A DNA stretch of 64,000 bases, from NCBI RefSeq assembly GCF_009914755.1, contig NC_060925.1; one strand, given 5' to 3'. The notes beneath the pieces were generated by a model, which saw only the letters and a list, made by a program, of their open reading frames with translations, made no database searches and was not told where the DNA came from. Positions 57,882 through 64,000 of the stretch are shown in pieces. The translations under genes and the position numbers were made by a program. This stretch comes from the human T2T-CHM13v2.0 reference genome, Homo sapiens. How positions within the stretch are numbered: position 1 is the stretch's first letter; each line of letters opens with the position of its first letter.

Positions 57882-60800
57882 ATGGAATCGTCATCGAATG
57901 AATTGAATGCAATCATCGAATGGTCTCGAATGGAATCATCTTCTAATGGAAAGGAATGGAATCATCGCATAGAATCGAATGGAATTAACATTGAATTGAC
58001 TCGAATGGAATCAACATCAAATGGAATCAAGCGGAATTATCGAATGAAATCGAAGAGAATCATCGAATGGACTCGAATGGAATCATCTAATGGAATGGAA
58101 TGGAATAATCCACGGACTCGAATGCAATCATCATCGTATAGAATCGAATGGAATCATCGAATGGACTCGAATGGAATAACCATTGAACGGAATCGAATGG
58201 AATCATCATCGGATGGAAACGAATGGAATCATCATCGAATGGAAATGAAAGGAGTCATCATCTAATGGAATTGCATGGAATCATCATAAAATGGAATCGA
58301 ATGGAATCATCATCAAATGGAATCAAATGGAAGCATTGAACGGAATTGAATGGAATCGTCATCGAATGAATTGAATGCAATCATCGAATGGTCTAGAATG
58401 GAATCATCTTCAAATGGAATGGAATGGAATCATCGCATACAATCGAATGGAATTATCATCGAATGGAATCGAATGGTATCAACATCAAACGGAAAAAAAC
58501 GGAATTACCGAATGGAATCGAAGAGAATCTTCGAACGGACCCGAATGGAATCATCTAATGGAATGGAATGGAATAATCCATGGACTCTAATGCAATCATC
58601 ATCGAATGGAATCGAATGGAATCATTGAATGGACTCGAATGGAATAATCATTGAACGGAATCGAATGGAATCATCATCGGATGGAAATGAATGGAATCAT
58701 CATCGAATGGAATCGAATAGAATTATGGAATGAAATCCAGTGTGATCATCATCGAATGGACCCGAATGGAATCATCATCCAACGGAAGCTAATGGAATCA
58801 ACATCGAATGAATCGAATGGAAACACCATCGAATTGAAACGAATGGAATTATCATGAAATTGAAATGGATGGACTCATCATCGAATGGATTCGAATGGAA
58901 TCATCGAATAAAATTGATTGAAATCATCATCAAATGGAATCGAATGGTATCATTGAATGGAATCGAATGGAATCATCATCAGATGGAAATGAATGGAATC
59001 GTCATAGAATGGAATCGAATGGATTTATTGAATGGAATCAGATGGAATCATCGAATGGACTGGAATGGAATCATTGAATGGACTCGAAAGGGATCATGAT
59101 TGAATGGAATTGAATGGAATCATCGAATGGTCTCGATTGGAATCATTATCAAATGGAATCGAATGGAATCACCGAATAGAATCGAATGGAACAATCATCG
59201 AATGGACTCAAATGGAATCATCCTCAAATGGAATGGAAAGGAATTATCGAATGCAATCGAATAGAATCATCGAATGGACTCGAATGGAATCATCGAATGG
59301 AATGGAATGGAACAGTCAATGAACTCGAATGGAATCATCATTGAATGGAATCGAATGGAATCATCGAGTGGAATCGAATGGAATTATGATCAAATGGAAT
59401 CTAATGTAATCATCATCAAATGGAATCAAAAATAACCATCATCAATTGGTATTGAATGGAATTGTCATCAAATGGAATTCAAAGGAATCATCATCAAATG
59501 GAATCGAATGGAATCCTCATTGAATGGAAATGAAAGGGGTCATCATCTAATGGAATCGCATGGAATCATCATCAAATGGAATCGAATGGAATCATCATCA
59601 AATGGAATCTGATGGAATCATTGAGCAGAATTGAATGGAATCGTCATCGAATGAATTGAATGCAATCATCGAATGGTCTCGAATGGAATCATCTTCTAAT
59701 GGAAAGGAATGGAATCATCGCATAGAATCGAATGGAATTATCATCGAATGGAATCGAATGGTATCAACATCAAACGGAAAAAAACGGAATTATCGAATGG
59801 AATCGAAGAGAATCATCGAACGGACCCGAATGGAATCATCTAATGGAATGGAATGGAATAATCCACGGACTCGAATGCAATCATCGTCGAATGGAATCGA
59901 ATGGAATCATCGAATGGACTCGAATGGAATAATCATTGAATGGAATCGAATGGAATCATCATCGGATGGAAACGAATGGAATCATCATCGAATGGAAATG
60001 AAAGGAGTCATCATCTAATGGAATTGCATGGAATCATCATCAAATGGAATCGAATGGAATCAACATCAAATGGAATCAAATGGAATCATTGAACGGAATT
60101 GAATGGAATCGTCATCGAATGAATTGAATGCAATCATCGAATGGTCTCGAATGGAATCATCTTCAAATGGAATGGAATGGAATCATCGCATAGAATCGAA
60201 TGGAATTATCATCGAATGGAATCGAATGGTATCAACATCAGACGGAAAAAAACGGAATTATCGAATGGAATCGAAGAGAATCTTCGAACGGACCCGAATG
60301 GAATCATCTAATGGAATGGCAAGGAATAATCCATGGACTGGAAGGCAATCATCATTGAACGGAATCGAAAGGAATCATCATCGGATGGAAACGACTGGAA
60401 TCATCATCGAATGGAAATGAAAGGAGTCATCATCTAATGGAATTGCATGGAATCATCATAAAATGGAATCGAATGGAATCAACATCAAATGGAATCAAAT
60501 GGAATCATTGAACGGAATTGAATGGAATCGTCATCGAATGAATTGAATGCAATCATCGAATGGTCTCGAATGGAATCATCTTCAAATGGAATGGAATGGA
60601 ATCATCGCATAGAATCGAATGGAATTATCATCGAATGGAATCGAATGGAATCAACATCAAACGGAAAAAAACGGAATTATCGAATGGAATCGAATAGAAT
60701 CATCGAATTGACCCGAATGGAATCATCTAATGGAATGGAATGGAATAATCCGTGGACTCGAATGCAATCATCATCGAATGGAATCGAATGGAATCATCCA

Positions 60801-63800
60801 ATGGACTCGAATGGAATAATCAATGAACGGAATCGAATGGAATCATCATCGGATGGAAATGAATGGAATCATCATCGAATGGAATCGAATAGAATTATGG
60901 AATGAAATCCAGTGTTATCATCATCGAATGGACCCGAATGGAATCATCATCCAACGGATGCTAATGGAATCAACATCGAATGAATCAAATGGAAACACCA
61001 TCGAATTGAAACGAATGGAATTACCATGAAATTGAAATGGATGGACTCATCATCGAATGGATTCGAATGGAATCATCGAATAAAATTGATTGAAATCATC
61101 ATCGAATGGAATCGAATGGTATCATTGAATGGAATCGAATGCAATCATCATCAGATGGAAATGAATGGAATCGTCATAGAATGGAATCGAATGGATTCAT
61201 TGAATGGAATCAGATGGAATCATCGAATGGACTGGAATGGAATCATTGAATGGACACGAAAGAGATCATGATTGAATGGAATTGAATGGAATCATCGAAT
61301 GGTCTCGATTGGAATCATTATCAAATGGAATCGAATGGAATCACTGAATAGAATCGAATGGAACAATCATCGAATGGACTCAAATGGAATTATCCTCAAA
61401 TGGAATGGAATGGAATTATCGAATGCAATCGAATGGAATTATCGAATGCAATCGAATAGAATCATCGAATGGACTCGAATGGAATAATCATTGAACGGAA
61501 TCGAATGGAATCATCATCGGATGGAAACGAATGGAATCATCATCGAATGGAAATGAAAGGAGTCATCATCTAATGGAATTGCATGGAATCATCATAAAAT
61601 GGAATCGAATGGAATCAACATCAAATGGAATCAAATGGAATCATTGAACGGAATTGAATGGAATCGTCATCGAATGAATTGAATGCAATCATCGAATGGT
61701 CTCGAATGGAATCATCTTCAAATGGAATGGAATGGAATCATCGCATAGAATCGAATGGAATTATCATCGAATGGAATCGAATGGAATCAACATCAAACGG
61801 AAAAAAACGGAATTATCGAATGGAATCGTAGAGAATCATCGAATGGACCCGAATGGAATCATCTAATGGAATGGAATGGAATAATCCATGGACTCGAATG
61901 CAATCATCATCGAATGGAATCGAATGGAATCATCGAATGGACTCGAATGGAATAATCATTGAACGGAATCGAATGGAATCATCATCGGATGGAAATGAAA
62001 GGAGTCATCATCTAATGGAATTGCATGGAATCATCATAAAATGGAATCGAATGGAATCAACATCAAATGGAATCAAATGGAATCATTGAACGTAATTGAA
62101 TGGAATCGTCATCGAATGAATTGAATGCAATCATCGAATGGTCTCGAATGGAATCATCTTCAAATGGAATGGAATGGAATCATCGCATAGAATCGAATGG
62201 AATTATCATCGAATGGAATCGAATCGAATCCACATCAAACGGAAAAAAACGGAATTATCTAATGGAATCGAAGAGAATCATCGAATGGACCCGAATGGAA
62301 TCATCTAATGGAATGGAATGGAATAATCCATGGACTCGAATGCAATCATCATCGAATGGAATCGAATGGAATCATCGAATGGACTCGAATGGAATAATCA
62401 TTGAACGGAATCGAATGGAATCATCATCGGATGGAAATGAATGGAATCATCATCGAATGGAATCGAATAGAATTATGGAATGAAATCCAGTGTGATCATC
62501 ATCGAATGGACCCGAATGGAATCATCATACAACGGAAGCTAATGGAATCAACATCGAATGAATCAAATGGAAACACCATCGAATTGAAACGAATGGAATT
62601 ACCATGAAATTGAAATGGATGGACTCATCATCGAATGGATTCGAATGGAATCATCGAATAAAATTGATTGAAATCATCATCGAATGGAATCGAATGGTAT
62701 CATTGAATGGAAACGAATGGAATCATCATCAGATGGAAATGAATGGAATCGTCATAGAATGGAATCGAATGGATTCATTGAATGGAATCAGATGGAATCA
62801 TCGAATGGACTGCAATGGAATCATTGAATGGACTCGAAAGGGATCATGATTGAATGGAATTGAATGGAATCATCGAATGGTCTCGATTGGAATCATTATC
62901 AAATGGAATCGAATGGAATCACCGAATAGAATCGAATGGAGCAATCATCGAATGGACTCAAATGGAATTATCCTCAAATGGAATCGAATGGAATTATCGA
63001 ATGAAATCGAATGGAATTATCGAATGCAATCGAATAGAATCATCGAATGGACTCAAATGGAATCATCGAATGGAATGGAATGGAACAGTCAATGAACTCG
63101 AATGGAATCATCATTGAATGGAATCGAATGGAATCATCGAGTGGAATCGAATGGAATTATGATCAAATGGAATCGAATGTAATCATCATCAAATGGAATC
63201 AAAAATAAACATCATCAATTGGTATTGAATGGAATTGTCATCAAATGGAATTCAAAGGAATCATCATCAAATGGAACCGAATGGAATCCTCATTGAATGG
63301 AAATGAAAGGGGTCATCATCTAATGGAATCGCATGGAATCATCATCAAATGGAATCGAATGGAATCATCATCAAATGGAATCTAATGGAATCATTGAAAA
63401 GAATTGAATGGATCGTCATCGAATGAATTGAATGCAATCATCGAATGGTCTCGAATGGAATCATCTTCTAATGGAATGGAATGGAATCATCGCATAGAAT
63501 CGAATGCAATTATCATCGAATGGAATCGAATGGTATCAACACCAAACGGAAAAAAACGGAATTATCGAATGGAATCGAAGAGAATCTTCGAACGGACCCG
63601 AATGGAATCATCTAATGGAATGGAATGGAATAATCCATGGACTCGAATGCAATCATCATCGAATGGAATCGAATGGAATCATCGAATGGACTCGAATGGA
63701 ATAATCATTGAACGGAATCGAATGGAATCATCATCGGATGGAAATGAATGGAATCATCATCGAATGGAATCGAATAGAATTATGGAATGAAATCCAGTGT

Positions 63801-64000
63801 GATCATCATCGAATGGACCCGAATGGAATCATCATACAACGGAAGCTAATGGAATCAACATCGAATGAATCAAATGGAAACACCATCGAATTGAAACGAA
63901 TGGAATTATCATGAAATTGAAATGGATGGACTCATCATCGAATGGATTCGAATGGAATCATCGAATAAAATTGATTGAAATCATCATCAAATGGAATCGA
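57882..64000. repeat. Diverged, locally non-duplicated HSat2 domain: S-L'(1285)-S-419-1136-442-L-L(partial)
   Basis: Anchors at 57882, 58350, 59635, 60103, 60522, 61658, 62100, ~63408. Many private SNVs. Module order mirrors 11.3-15.0 kb. Confidence 0.8.

Larger units (their letters stand above)
1..64000 (-). repeat. Human satellite II (HSat2/HSATII) tandem array, GAATG on + / CATTC on -; probably chr1q12-type (1.77-kb unit family)
   Basis: Continuous degenerate GGAAT/CGAAT pentamers interspersed with ATC/ATCATC, the reverse complement of the known HSat2 consensus (ATTCCATTCG)2(ATG)1-2. TCGA is abundant and (GGAAT)n runs are short, unlike HSat3. There is a 1776-bp S+L period with one GAATTC per unit. 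Orientation is the same throughout. Confidence 0.97.

Noticed and set aside
251-63914. Hundreds of + strand ORFs (61-163 aa, MESSSNELNAIIEW..., MEWNG-rich)
   Set aside because: They are translations of the GAATG repeat, which supplies frequent ATGs. They overlap in several frames, are low complexity and have no domain. Stops and frameshifts vary freely between copies.
1-64000. CRISPR-like or other repeat-spacer system
   Set aside because: There are no unique spacers, no cas or other genes, and everything between motifs is itself satellite.
1-64000. HSat3, alpha satellite or telomeric repeat
   Set aside because: No long pure (GGAAT)n tracts, no 171-bp monomer or CENP-B box noticed, and no TTAGGG arrays. 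The CATCATCGAATGG motifs are HSat2-diagnostic.
1-64000. Inversion or mobile-element insertion
   Set aside because: No CATTC-oriented block, poly(A) tail, Alu/L1 sequence or target-site duplication was seen on reading through. The A7 tracts are fixed parts of the module head.

Overview
The whole 64 kb window is one uninterrupted primate classical satellite array, human satellite II (HSat2/HSATII), with the GAATG strand on + (CATTC strand on -). I see no inversion, transposon insertion, unique sequence or credible gene; the ORF track is an artefact of the repeat. The smallest repeat is a degenerate 23/26-bp motif, (GGAATCGAAT)2 plus 1-2 ATC. These motifs build two modules that share a ~340-bp head: a short 468-bp module (S) and a long 1308-bp module (L). 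S+L = 1776 bp with one EcoRI site, matching the classical 1.77-kb chromosome 1q12 satellite II unit, so chr1 pericentromeric heterochromatin is the likeliest origin (inferred, not proven). Clean 1776-bp units occur mainly at about 13.7-22.9 kb. Elsewhere, deletion and hybrid derivatives of S and L (467, 442, 419, 624, 1285, 1275, 1233, 1136, 1061, 892 bp) are re-amplified into nested higher-order duplications of 3690, 5638, 10191/10532, 6192 and 5976 bp. Their junctions can be bracketed with diagnostic SNVs. There is also an apparent ~0.9-kb out-of-register conversion tract and a paralogous block ~48.3 kb away. Module lengths and offsets were worked out by hand from the recurring anchor ATGGAATCGTCATCGAATGAATTG and spot-checked SNVs, not from an alignment. 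I found no new protein-coding system; the interest lies in the recombination record and in a few periodic candidate regulatory motifs.
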